Origin: Prorocentrum cordatum
Lineage: Eukaryota
Assembly (NCBI GenBank): GCA_963575745.1
Contig: CAUYUJ010000001.1
Span: forward strand, 1,364,001-1,428,000
Direction of reading: 5' to 3'
DNA: 64,000 nt
Shown here: piece after piece, positions 1 through 16,500 of the stretch
Numbering within the stretch: the first letter of the stretch is position 1
Layout of the letters: each line of letters starts with the position of its first letter
The notes under the pieces: model-generated
Seen by the model: the letters and a program-made list of their open reading frames with translations, nothing else
The model's database searches: none
Told to the model about the DNA's origin: nothing
Made by a program: the position numbers and the translations under genes

Positions 1-998
1 GTTTCCTTAAGATTTCGCAAGAGCTCGCGCGGAAGCTTTTTTAGCAAATCCGTGTTGCGAAACCCTGTGTTTTTGTGTGTGTTTTTGGGAACTCGATTGC
101 GAAATCTTTCCGGCACCGAAGGTTTTTGAAGGATTTCGGCATGCGCGCGCGACGACGCGCGCGTGTGCACTTCGTTTCATTGTTTGCAAAGGATTCGCGA
201 AAAAGTGCGATGCTAGAACAAAAAATGGCACCGCATAGTGTTTTTTTATAAGGGAACCTCAGGGGGGGGGGGAACCCGGCCCCCCTGGGATAGTGTAAAT
301 TCATATTTAGGATGGACATGTGGCCAGAATCATATATGATTCACATACCCGAAAGGGGGAGTGATAACGCTGGGGGGGGGTAGATCCTATTCTGTTTTTA
401 GAAAGGAGAATAAACACTTGCTCAACTTGAAGCTGTCCTCTCCACTGCTCGTGCAAGCATCCCACCCTCCCACCCGCAACTTGGTCGCAAGACCTCTTAA
501 GATCGTGACGGTGGGTACCAAATGGCACTTGGCAGCGACGACGCCGACGTCGACGACGACGAAGACGACGACGCCAACGACGACGACGACGAAGACGACG
601 ACGACGTCGCCAACGAAGACGACGACGAGGGAGGAGGGAGGACGACGACGGCGACAACGACGACAACGACGACAACGAGGGAGCAAGGAGGACGGCGACG
701 AAGCGAACGACGAAGAAGGAGGAAGGACGGCGACGCCGACGACGACAACGACGAGGGAGGAGGGAAGACGAAGACGAAACGAAAAAGACGACGACGACGG
801 TGACGAAATAGGAGGGACGACGACGAGACGCCGACGACGGACGACGACGACGACGACGAGGGAGGAGGAGGAAGGACGACCACGGCGACAACGACGACGG
901 AAACGACCACGACGCCAAAGAGGACGACGACGACGAACACGAGGAAAGACACAAGACGACGTAGGCGACGACGACGACGACGACGCGGGAGGAGGGAA

Positions 999-1032
<34 letters not shown>

Positions 1033-1713
1033 CCGCAAGAGCGCGCGCGCACGCTTTTGTTGAAAATCCGTGTTGCTAAACCTTGGGTTTTTGTAGGTTT
1101 TTTGGACACACGATTTTGAAATCCGTCCGAAACCGAAGGTTGTTGAAGGATTTCTGCATACGCGCGCGACGACGCGCGCGTCTGCACTTCGTCCCGTTTT
1201 TTGCAGAGGATTCTCGCGACGGCACACGCGCAAGGGCGTTCGACAGATTTCGACATGCGCGCGCGAAGCCCGTTTAAGAGCATGTTGTGAAAATCTTGAA
1301 AAACCATGATTTCCTCAAGATTTCGCAAGAGCTCGCGCGGAAGCTTTTTTAGCAAATCGGTGTTGCGAAACCCTGTGTTTTTGTATGTTTTTTGGGAGTT
1401 CGATTGCGAAATCCGTCCGGCACCGAAGGTTTTTGAAGGATTGCGGCACGCGCGCGCGACGACGCGCGCGTGTGCACTTCGTCTCATTTGTTGCAAGGGA
1501 TTCGTGAAAAAAGTGCTATGTTAGAACAACAAATGTCACCGTATAGTGTTTTTTACTAGGGAACCTCAGGGGGGGGATACCGGCCCCCCTGGGATAGTGT
1601 AAATTCATATTTTGGATGGACATGTAGTCAGAATCATACATGATTTACATACCCGAAAGGGGGAGTGATAACGCCAAGGGGGGGTAGAGACTATTTTGTT
1701 TCTAGAAAGGAGA
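1..1713 (+). repeat. Two direct copies of a roughly 405-bp repeat (1-409 and 1309-1713) around a (GAC)n-rich tract (535-1035) and a related subunit (1040-1300)
   Basis: Both copies start tttcct(t/c)aagatttcgcaagagctcgcgcggaagc and run through a G-run/C-run hairpin to tagaaaggagaat. Confidence 0.9.
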
Positions 1714-3839
1714 ATCTACGTTTTGCAATCTATGTTGTGCGATAAATGTTGTGCTGTATGTGCGGTACACACGATGTTGTGCAATGTAGGTTGCGCGAAA
1801 CATGTTGTGCAATGCACGCGATGCAAGATATGTGGTGCAAGTAATTGTTGTTCGCAGCGAGTTGCCACTTCCACGGCTCACGCAATCTTCCCAGCCACCC
1901 AGCGCTGGTTGGCGCATCGCTGCGGCCGCGCACGCGCGCGCAGGCTTGCCGCAGAGCGGCCAGTTAGTTTGGCGCGACCGACGCGGCCGCGGTGGCGCTG
2001 ACCGCTGGGGGACTTCCCAGCGCGTCTCGCAGGCCGCGCTGACGCGTGGGCATTTCAGTGCGAGTCGGTGACTCGGGCGTGCGCGGCATCATGGCGACGT
2101 CGACAACGGCGACACGGTGATAGTTGCAGCGATGCCAGTGACGACGATGACGAGGACGACGGCAAGGCGAATGACAGCGCCGATGCCGATCGATGACGAT
2201 GATGGCGTCCACGCGTCGGTGATGAAGGTTTTGGAAGGACTTCGACATGCGCGCAAGGCCGACGCGCGCGAGTGGCCCGCATGGCGATATTTTGTAGGGA
2301 TTGCGGCCCCCCCTCCCCCCAGCACGCGCGCAAGGGCGCTCGAATGATTCCGACGCGCGCGCGAGAGGCCCGTTCGGTCGCATGTGATGAAAATGCTGAA
2401 ATGTGGTTGTTCTAAGAATTCGCAAGCGCGGCCAGCTAGTTTGGCGCGACCGACTCGGCCGCGGTGGCGCTGGCGCGAGGGAACCCCCAGCGCGTCTCGC
2501 AGGCCGCGCTGACGCGCGGGCATGGTAATGCGAGTCGGTGATTCGGGCGGGCGTGGTATCATGGCGACGTTGACAACGGCCGACACGATGATGATAATAC
2601 CGATGCGGGTGACGATGATGGCGATGACGACGGCACGGCCGATGACACGCCGATGGCGATGATGGTGTCCACGCGTCGATGGTAAAAGGTTGTTGATGGA
2701 TTTCGACATGCGCGCGCGGCTGATGGGCGCGAGCGGCCCGCATTATGTAATTTGACAAAGACCCCCCCCCGCAAGCGTGCAAAGGCATTCGAATGATTTG
2801 GACATGCGCGCGCGAAAGGCCCGTTCGGTCGGATTTGACTCGAACGTTCAGAATATATTGTTTCCCACAGAAATCGCAATAGCGCGCGCATACCTTTTTT
2901 TGAGAAATCACGTTGCAAAACCATTGTTTGTTCCGTATGTATTCGGGAAATTCGATGTTGACACCATCACGAAACGCAAGGTTGTTGAAGGATTCGGCCA
3001 CGCGCGCGCGACGACGCGCGAATGTGGACTGGATTGCTTAATGTTGCGAGGGAGATTTAGACACTGATGGTTTTGTTTAAACGAGCGCGCGCATATTTGT
3101 TTGTCTGGTATATGATGGCCTTCGATACATCCCGCCACCGTTAGAGTTATCAGGGATGCCTGTGCGGGGGCCTCTCTGGCGCAGTTTCGGGGCCTCTTGG
3201 AGGGGGCCTTTTGCGATCTCTCTTCCGATTCGACCGATCCGATTCGATGCCGCTTCTGGCCGGCCCGATCCAGTTCGATTCCCACTTTTCGGGACAATCG
3301 ACGTGGATACGGAAAGAATGGGTACAAAAACCGAGGGGATTTCTCGCTCATTTTGAACAGGACTCGTTGCCGGCGTCGCCGCGGGCGTTGTCCATTTGAG
3401 ACAGATGGCCGCTTGCCCAATAGCGGCCGCTGTCGATGTTGGACAGCACTTGTTGGGCATCGCACCCATTTGTCCCGTACCCCTTTCGGGCGTCCAAAAC
3501 GTTCCGACGAACCGATGCGGCCCGATGTTTGCATGGCATTGTTGTGCATCGTCGCGCGGCCGATCAGATCGATTCGGACTCCGTGCCAACGCAGCCCAAT
3601 TCGATTGAGAACAGGACAACCCATTCCCACCCCGGTGACCCAGGGGTCCAGGCTAGGGTTGAGGTTGGTTTTTTGGGCCCCGCAGCCAGGACCCCCTGGA
3701 TCACCAGGTCGGCGATGGGGGTCCTGGCTGGGGGTGAGGGCGGGTTGTGCTGTCAGCGGCGACTCTCATTCCGATCCGATCCGCCTTCCCGATCCGATGC
3801 TGCCTGCTCCGTGCCCTGCCCGCAGATCTGCAGGTCGCC

Positions 3840-7680
<3,841 letters not shown>

Positions 7681-9679
7681 TGGGGAGGGGGGCCAATCTC
7701 AGCCTCTCTGCAAGCGCTTCAGCTGCAGTTCCATCTGCTCCTCGCAGGCACCAGGGCACGAGGCCCAGCAACCCTACGCAGGGGACCCTCGAAAGAGCGG
7801 GGCCTCGGGAGCACATGCTGCCACGTGCCGCGTCGGCTTCCTCTACTCACCTTCCCCTCTTCACGCTGTGCGTGCGAGGTATTGAATGTGTTGTCATTCG
7901 TGCTGTCGCTCTGTCGCGCCGAGTTGGGACAAATGCCCGGGCAACAGTTGTCACGGGTAGCGCTTGCATGTCCTGGCCGCGTGGCCGATGCAGTCTCGCG
8001 GAGTTCCTTGCGCGCTTGGCACGCGTTGGGATGTCCAGCCACGCGCAGAGGGAGGTAGGGGGAGGGGGAAGGCTTCTTCGAAGCACCCTGCTTCTTAGAA
8101 GGCACGGGCCTTGTCTGTGGATGTAGGGCCGGCGCCCTCTAAGAAGCAGGATCCTCCCTCCCCTTACCCCCAGGTGCGCGCTGGCAAGGCGTGTAGAAAG
8201 ATGATATGCCTCCCTCTAGGCTCCAGGAGCTGTAAGCCTCCAGCGACAGCTACGGTCGTGCGGGCTGGACGGCCCGGGCAGCTCTCCAGGGCGTCCTCTC
8301 TTGTGTTCTGCTTCGCCACGGGAGAAACGGGTCCTGAGGGAAACGGGTCCTGAGGTTTTTCGCCTTTTTCGGCCTCTCGGGGCCCTCCACGGGCCCCAGG
8401 ACTGTCAGAAAACGACTCATGATGAAGATCTCGTCTTGGGGCAACGCCCCAGGCTCTTGAACCCAGCTCCGTCAGAACCCGTTTCCCGCATGCTAATATG
8501 TTGGGTCTTGCGCAGCAGTCGTTGGAAGAGGCGGTCGCCAGTCATCAGCGTACTGGATTGCTGGTTCCCGCCGCTCCGCGCAGCGGGTCTTGGCACGCTT
8601 CGGCTCTGGTGGAGAAGGGTCGCCCACTGATGTTGCTGGAATGTGTCCAGACCTCCAAACATGAAGTCCGAATGAATGGGGTTGGAGGACCACGCCGCAT
8701 CGCCGATGCATCGGCGATGCGGCTCGATGTGGAGTCCGATGTTATCCACGCCGACGGCGCCGATGTATCGCAGACGTCGCCGATGCATCGACGATGCGGC
8801 GCAATCATCCGACCCCATCTACTCCGACTCACGATTAGAGGCATCTAAGCTCGCTGGTGGAGAAGGGTCACACCCTGATGCTGCCAGACTGTGCTGGCGG
8901 GCATGAAGGTGTCAAAGACCGCTTGTCCGGCGCATGCAGCGTGCACGTTCTTCGGCAGTACCGTGGCGCTTCGCCACGGTGCGTGGCGAAGCCCATCCGC
9001 GCAAGCAACCTTACACAGCAGCATGGTCCTCCTGTGGATTCCTTGCTTTGGAAACCTGGGCCGCAGCTGTAGACGTTGCCATCCTCGCCGCCGCACCCTC
9101 GGGGAGGGGCCATAGTCAGTCCGGACGGCGCGCTTCACAGAGATCACCGCTTTGTGGCAGCTGAACGCGCAACACTCCGAGAAGAACCGTAGGTTTGCCC
9201 AGGTCTGAAGGTACTGAAGGTAGGCGGTGCTACTGGATTGGGGCGCCGCTACAGAAGCCAATGCGTTTCGGGGACGTCGTGGCTGCTCGGAGGGGAGTAG
9301 TTGTTCGAGCACGCCCACATCTGGCATGCTCTTCAAAGTCACACGGGCATTCCGCCTGGTCGCGACCAGTCCCTCCATGTTTCTCAGCTCGCATTGCTGG
9401 TCGCTGTCCTTCTCGATGCTTGCTTGCCCATGTGATGCAAGTGTTCGCCGACGCAAGGACAAATCGAAGACGCATACGGCGAACCACCGCCACCCCCTGC
9501 CTTTTGGAAACGCCTGTGTGGCCAAACGTTGGGCCGAAGTCTTGCCAAGCTATTGGACATGTGTTCGCCCAGCTGCTGTGGAAAGAAACCCTTGGGGGAA
9601 CACTTGGGGCAGGAAGAGAGATGAGGAGACGAGGAAGGAGAAGGAGGAGGACAGGAGGAGGACGATGAAGAGGAGGCCG

Positions 9680-11540
9680 CTTGGGACCTCCTGGGGGCCT
9701 CCGAGGGCCTCTTGGGGGCCTCCTGGGGGCCTCTTGGGGGCTCCTGTGGGCCTCAAAGGAGCCGCTTGGCCTTCGGAAGCCGTCTTGGGGCCCTCTTGGC
9801 TATTGGGACGCCTTATGGCCGTCTTTGAAGGTTCTGAGGCCTCTGGGGGCCGTCTTGGGGGCATCTTGGGTCGTCTTAGTGGCCCTCTTGGCCCGTCTTA
9901 GGACCGTCTAGGGGGCTCATTGGATTGCCTTGGAGATACATTGGAGGCCTCTTGGGCCGTCTTGGGCTGCTGGAAGTCCGAAAAGGTGAGGAACCATAAA
10001 TCGTTCAAGCGAGCCATAAAAATCAATCAATCATTTGGCCCTCTTGGACATCTTGAGTTCCTCTTGGAGCCCTCTTGGGCCGTCTTCTCGGCTTCTTCAG
10101 CCGCCGGTAGGCGATATTGGGCAGTCTTGGGGGCCTAAAGGGCCGTCTTGAGCGATCTCAGAGCCATCTGAGACCCGCTTGGGGCCATCTTGAAAAGTCT
10201 TGGATCTAGAGGCCATCTTGGGGCCATGGGGTCGTCTTGGGAGCCTCTTGGCCTGTCTTGAGGCTCTGTTGGGGGCTTCTTGGAGCTATATTAGAGGCAC
10301 CTGGGGCCGTCTTTGGCTGTCGGAATCTTGAAAAGGCGAGAACGCAATATCATTGAACCCTCAGTGGGGATCATTCATTTGGGCATCTTCAGGCCCTCCT
10401 ACTGGCCCTGTTGGAGGCCTCTTGGGCCGTGGTGGGGCCATACTGGACCATCTTGGATGCATATTGGGCGAACTTGGATGCCTCCTGGACCCACTTTTGG
10501 CCGTCTTGAACAGTCTTGAGCCGTCTTGGAGGCAATCTGAAGCCATCTTTGGCCAGCGTGGGGTCCTCCTGGGCCGCCTTCGGACCCTCTTGGGGGATTC
10601 TTGCGCTGTCCTGGGTCAATATTCGAAGCCTCTTAGGCCGTCTTGGGCTTTCGGACGCCTTAGGAGTCAAGAGCGCTCGAATCCTTCTTCGACCTGTGGG
10701 ACATCAAAGGGTGTTGGCCTCTTCGGGCATTTCTGCCGGGCATCTTGGAGGGCTCTTGAGTCGTGGTGGGGGCCTCTTCGGCCGTCTTGCAGCCATCTCG
10801 GGCCGTCTTTGGGCCATATTGGCAATCTTGGAGGCGAAGTCTGTGAACTTGGAGTCATCGTGGGCCGTTTTGGAGACCATCTCGGGCATTCTGGGAACTT
10901 TGGAGCCGTCGTGAGGCCATTTGTTGGCCATCTTGGAACCATCTTAAACGGAAAAGCCCACGGGGTACGCAGCCGGCTGGATGAGCCGAGCATAGACCCT
11001 ATTGGGAACATGTTGGTAAGGGCCGACAGAGTCAGTTCACACTCAGCACGCTGTCTTGGAGGCCTCTTGGGAGGTCTCTTAGGGCCTCCCAGGGGGCTTC
11101 TTGGGTGCCTCTTGGGGGCCTCTGGGGGGCTCGCGGCCTCTGGGGGGCTTCTAGGGGGGCTGCTGGCGGTCTCACGGGTCATACTGGGTCGTTTTGGAGA
11201 CCATCTCGGGCATTCTGGGAACCTTGGAGCCATCTTGGACCCATCTTAAACGAGAAAGCTCACGGGGTATGCAGCCAGCTGGATGAGCCGAGCCGAGACC
11301 CTACAGGGAACATTTTGGTAAGGGCCCACAGGGTCAGTTAACACTCAGCACGCTGTCTTGGAGGCCTCTTAGGGGCTCCCAGGGGGCTTCTTGGGTGCCT
11401 CTTGAGGGCCTCTGGAGGGCCTCTGGGGGGCTTTTCGGGGGGCTGATGGCGGTCTCAAGGGTCCTCTTGGGGGGGCAGGGGTCTCGCCGGATTCAGGCCC
11501 TCTTGGAACGTCTTCGGGCCCTCTCGGAGGCCTCTTGGGC
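9680..11540 (+). repeat. Degenerate 10-11-bp satellite (ggcctcttgg / gccatcttgg) with an internal duplication of about 300 bp
   Basis: Recurrent tcttgg core. gttttggagaccatctcgggcattctgggaac recurs near 10867 and 11191. The same family occurs at 28415-29950, 30480-31070 (inverted) and 43970-44290. Confidence 0.9.
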
Positions 11541-13650
11541 GCCTCCATTCGTTCGCGCCTCTCTCGCGCGCTTGATTCCAGCGCTGGCATTCACGATGCA
11601 GCGAACACTCTGGGAATGCGCCGTTCGTGAAATGGTGATCTGTGAAGCGTGCCGTCCTTGAGAGATGGCAGCGACAAATCCTGAGACCCGGGTGTCCGGG
11701 CAGGGAGTCCATAAGCGGCTCATGTGGCAGCCTGTCTGGTGCCTTCACACAAGATGGTAAATTCCGTCATGCCATACTGGCGAGGCTCTCGTGGAAGTTG
11801 GATGCAGTTTTTTGGCTCGTTGTCGCGTACGGGGGCCCGTGCTCATTGTGCAGTGCCGGAGGTACTCCTGCACCCAGACAGCGACATTGGGGTCTCGGCG
11901 TTCTGCCCCTCCGCGCAAGCCGAGGGAGGTCCGCACAATCTAGTGGTGGGGGTGCACCAGAGTCAGAACCAGCCCACCTGCAGCTCGCCAGATATAGTGT
12001 CATCCCAGTGTCGTGAGGAAACTCCAGACGGAGGGCCCTGCTCGCAGGACCCTTACGAGCAAGCCCTTCGTCGGGCGCAGGATAGTGCTGAAGGTGCTGG
12101 GTGGTTTGCACAGGTGGGCACCCGCCACGCACCATGGCGGCGACGCCAGGGTACGGCTGAAGGACGTACACGTTGGCTGCGCCGAGGGGCGGTCCTTGAG
12201 ACCATCCGAGCCCAGCGCGAGAGTGCGCCGTTCGTGGCACAGGTGCAATTTTCTTTGTTGCAATACGGGATGCTGAGCTTCAAGACTATTCGCGCCGCTT
12301 GCATCCACGTACGGTCGGCTTTTCTACTCGAAGCAACATTGCGACGCTCGTAGCGGTGCGTACGATTAGTTCGTCAAATCCATCCAGAGTTTGCCACCCT
12401 TGCTAACGCAGCATCGAAATTCATGCAGGGTGCTTGTACGAAGCCCTCCAAAACAGGTTCGGTAGAACCATAATGGGGCCTCCTGAGATGTGGCACATCA
12501 ATGTCATAGTTTGGCGTGGTCGTAACCTTGTCTGATTGGTGCGTCCGTTCTCCGCCAGCGCTAAGCATGCAGGTGCTGCGCGCGCAACGCAGCATGAAAT
12601 ACTGTTTACGCAGATGTTGTATTCCATTTATTGTACTGGGCTTCCACTTTTCGACTTTGTTTGTCTATTGCGCGCTCGATGCCAGCGTCGACATTAGTCA
12701 TGCAGCGAACCCCCCAGGCCGTGCGTCTTTCGTGGCACGGGTGCAATGGCCTACGCAATAGTGCATGCTAACCTATAAGATGATTCGCGCCGCTCGCATC
12801 CATGTGCGGTCGGCGTTTCTTCTTGAAACAACCTGGTTACTATCGTATCGTGGCGGTGGGTACGATTGTTGCGCCAAGTTCCATCCAGCTGCTTACAGCC
12901 AACCCACCACCGTGGCCAGCGCGGCTTCGGAAAGCATGCAGGCTGGCTACACGAAACCCTCTAAAACAGATTCGGTAGAACCATCTTGGGGCCCTCTGGA
13001 ACATAGCACTACGATTCCGTAGCGAAGCATGACCGTAATTTTGGCATGTTCGGTGCCCTCTTTCTTCATGGAATATAAGACTCCGTTGGCGCTAAGCATG
13101 TGCGGGACTCGCGTGCAACGCCGTCTGCAAATCTGTTTATGGTGATGCTATCTTCAATTGATTGCACTCGTCTTCACGACTTTCTGATGATGTGCCGCTG
13201 CTGCGCGTTTGATGCCAGCGCCGAGACCAGCGAGGGCCTTTGGAGGGCTGAAATCGCCCACAAAACCGCCGCCATGATTTTTTCTCAACGTGAGGATATG
13301 GGAGATGTCAGACTGCATGTGCAGATCTTCCGGTGGTCTTTGGGCCGCGTTGGGCCGGCATTTGAAGCATGCTGCAGCGGTGTTGGGGCGATCTTGGGCC
13401 GTCGCGGTTGGGTTTTGAGGTAGGTACCGAGCAGCAAAGCTCAGGGAATTCGGTGTTGAGAGCGTTGTGCGAGTTGGGCGTCGCGGCATCGGGGGGCGAT
13501 AGATAAGGGGGCAGCGTCTGTTTGTCTGTAGCCTTTCATCCCTGACGGACGCGTGGGCAAAAATACATCAAAAAGTTAGGTTTGGATTTGTACTTGTACG
13601 CAGGCAGAGGGTGATACAAACCATGCCGTCATTCGTATCGCATATGGGGA

Positions 13651-16500
13651 TCACGTCCAAGATCTGGCAGCCTTGGGCGTGCAACAGTTCACGCGCACGA
13701 CAGAAGGAGACAATTCCAAAGATGTGTGCCCCAAACTGTAGACTGACGTCGCCCACTGCTTTCTCGGGCGCCCCTGGCGTCTGCGGAAGGCCGATTTTTT
13801 TGGCACGCTGTCGGCATCGCACATTGATCGTTTGACTAGTGAGCCGTCGCTGTGCAAAGCGATTTTGTTATAGAAGGCAACTTATCGGTCACTCAGGGTT
13901 GCAGACAACGGCTTGGAGCATGCTCGATCTAGCACGTCGGCGCTCGAAATCCGAGAAAAGTAATAAGGCGCGATCTTCAGGATTGTTCGCAAGTTCTTGC
14001 AGTGAAAGGCGTCCAACTTGGCCTTGTCCTTGTGCAGGTGCCACGACGAGTCCAGCAAATACAGGAGCTTGCTTAGTACACAACTGGAATAAATGTGAAG
14101 CTTTCGCTTCTTTCCGATGGCAGATTGCTTCTACACCTTATATAATGATTGCAATAAAAAAGTGGCTTCTCCAAGTCGTCGTGAAAGTTCGCTTCCAACA
14201 CGCCCGTCATGAGTGATCATCCCACCGAGGTAAACAGCTTCGGTCACGACCTTGATCGACGACCCGTCGAGATCCTTGACGACCTGATGTGTTGATATGT
14301 TAAGTTGTACAGTCTTGTCCGAATTCAGTTCGAGGCCGTATGTCTGCCCTTCCGTTACGATGGTTTCCAGCATGCATTGGAAGTTCTGCGAGCTCGCAGA
14401 GATTAGAGCGGTGTCATCTGCGTACACCATGTTCCGGGTGACCACGTAACCGCGTTCTTGCCGAAGATCAAGCTCAGAAAAAGCGTCGTGCAGCATAACA
14501 GGTTCTACGACGACAAGTAAATAAGGCGATAAAGGACATCCTTGGGCGATGCCAGCTGCCTGGCGTCGTTCTGATGAGTTTCCGCAGTGACCAATAATAA
14601 TGAGATGGCGGTGGGAGCAAATGCTATGCATCATCTCGGCCACTGGCGGCGGCAGTCCAAAGCGAGCCAGGGCAGCGCCAAGGCAGTCAGGCTTCAGACG
14701 GTCGAACGCCTTTGCCAAATCAAGCAGCAGAAGACTAAGCCCGCCATCTGCGCTCAATAATGTTACATTGATCATACGCCTCACCAGCATAAGTGCGGCG
14801 GCGGTTCCCCGGCGAGGTCGAAATCCGAATTGCGATTGTCGTACGCGTGTTTCCGTTCCTCCTTGTAAAAGGCGTCGGTGTAGCATTGCCGCCAAAGCCT
14901 TGCACCCCACTGACAGCAAAGAAATTGGGCAGTAGTTGCTGGGCAGTGTTGCGTCTCCTTTTTTTTTGAAAAGCAATATCACATTGGCTCGCCGCCACTT
15001 TTCGGGAATATATTCGTTGCTTCCCAACGCCTCTGACACTCTCCCAACAAAGCCTTGCACGCCTTCGTATTTCGAGACTCCACTTTCCAATAGTCTGGGG
15101 GTACACCGTCTGGCCCTGCCGCCTTCCCATTCTTCATTTTCCTTAGCACCTGCTGTACTTCAACCATGCTGAAGTTGGACACGTCCACGGGCAGGTCGGG
15201 GCCCAACGAGTTCGAGGATGTTGGCACAACATCTGCAAATTGCACTTTCGACTGGACCTCGAAATAGTCAGCCAAAGCATCCAGGCAGCCTGCTGCATCA
15301 GTAAGATTATTGTTGAGAGCTCGAACTCCAGCATGCTTTGCTTGCGGCTCCTTCCGTAACTTCCGGATTGCACCCTACTTGCCCCCAACTAAAGTATTGT
15401 TAATCCAATTAGTGCGGTCTGTCTGCGCAGCCTTCCGTTTGAGTCTGTTCAGGATTCTTTTTTGCCAACATGTCTTGGGGTATCAATGGGCGGCGTGCTG
15501 GATGTGGTCTTGTCCCCAGGGCGGTAGATGCAGAGGCGAAGGCAGCATCAATTTGTTCAGCCAAAGCGTTAAGCACACAATTTGCGTCGCGTATACCTTA
15601 CCATTTGTCGATTAATCGGCTCGTAAATTCGCACTGGATTGCCGGGTCCCGCACCGATGCTATACCAATATATTTGAACGCATTCGCAATTCTAATTTGA
15701 AATTGGATTTCAATCCCCATTGTCATCAAGTAGTGGTGGTTATTCAAGGCTTCGGTCTGGTGCCTTCTGCAGTACTGGACACAAGGAAGGTTTTATGCGT
15801 GGCAAGCTCGTGATGTATCGAAGCGAACCTCTCTGCGTTAATATCGTTGTCCATGCGTGCCACTCCAAGGTTTCTATACGTGACGCGCTCTTCAAGGGGA
15901 GTGTCGAAAAATGTGTTTGCAATTGCCACGTCCGTAGCAACGCAATGTTCCAGCAAGAGTTCCTTGTTTGAAGACCATCAGCCAAGGAAACATGTTTTTC
16001 TTCACGCAGATGTTGTCGCAGAAGTTTGGCATTGAAAGCGCCCAATAAAATTGCAGTATTGTGTTATGTGGTAGGCCGCGTTGCCTCCAAGAAGTCTGCC
16101 AAAAAAGGGGCGTCCGTCCTCGTAATAGTATTTGCCCTGCGGAGCATAGGCAGAAATGGTATGAAGTACACCGCGTTGAGCTCGGACTCGTAATGAAGCC
16201 AGCCGTGGAGTAAATGCAGGGAACGCCTCTATAGCCGAGCGGGTCCATGAAGCCACGATAAAACCAGCTCCAGTCACAGGGCGTTTTGCATCGTCAAGCT
16301 CCCTTGATAAACAAATCGCGAATCCTTCGTAATCATAGTATTCGGACCCGTGCACTTGCGTTCCTTGCATTGCCAGAATGTCTATGTGCTGAGCCCGCAT
16401 CGATCCAATGACTTCGGTCAGCTCGACATGAGAATCTCCGCGGAGGCATTACACGTTCCAAGTGCCAAGATTTTGGACACGAAATGGTTTCCGATCTCGT
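13651..16500 (-). mobile_element. Degenerate RTE-type LINE (APE + RT) with several frameshifts and stops
   Basis: Minus-strand pieces in order: LALGTCNA, DILAMQGT, GAGFIV, ISAYAPQ, GAFNA (APE); KAAGPDG, YCPISLL, QFGFRPRR, LDLAKAFD, GIAQGCPLSP, YADD, YLGG (RT). RTE-type tail KLHIYSSCVLSKLLY...LDAFH...RRRQGRPRKQW. Element ends not resolved. Confidence 0.9.
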
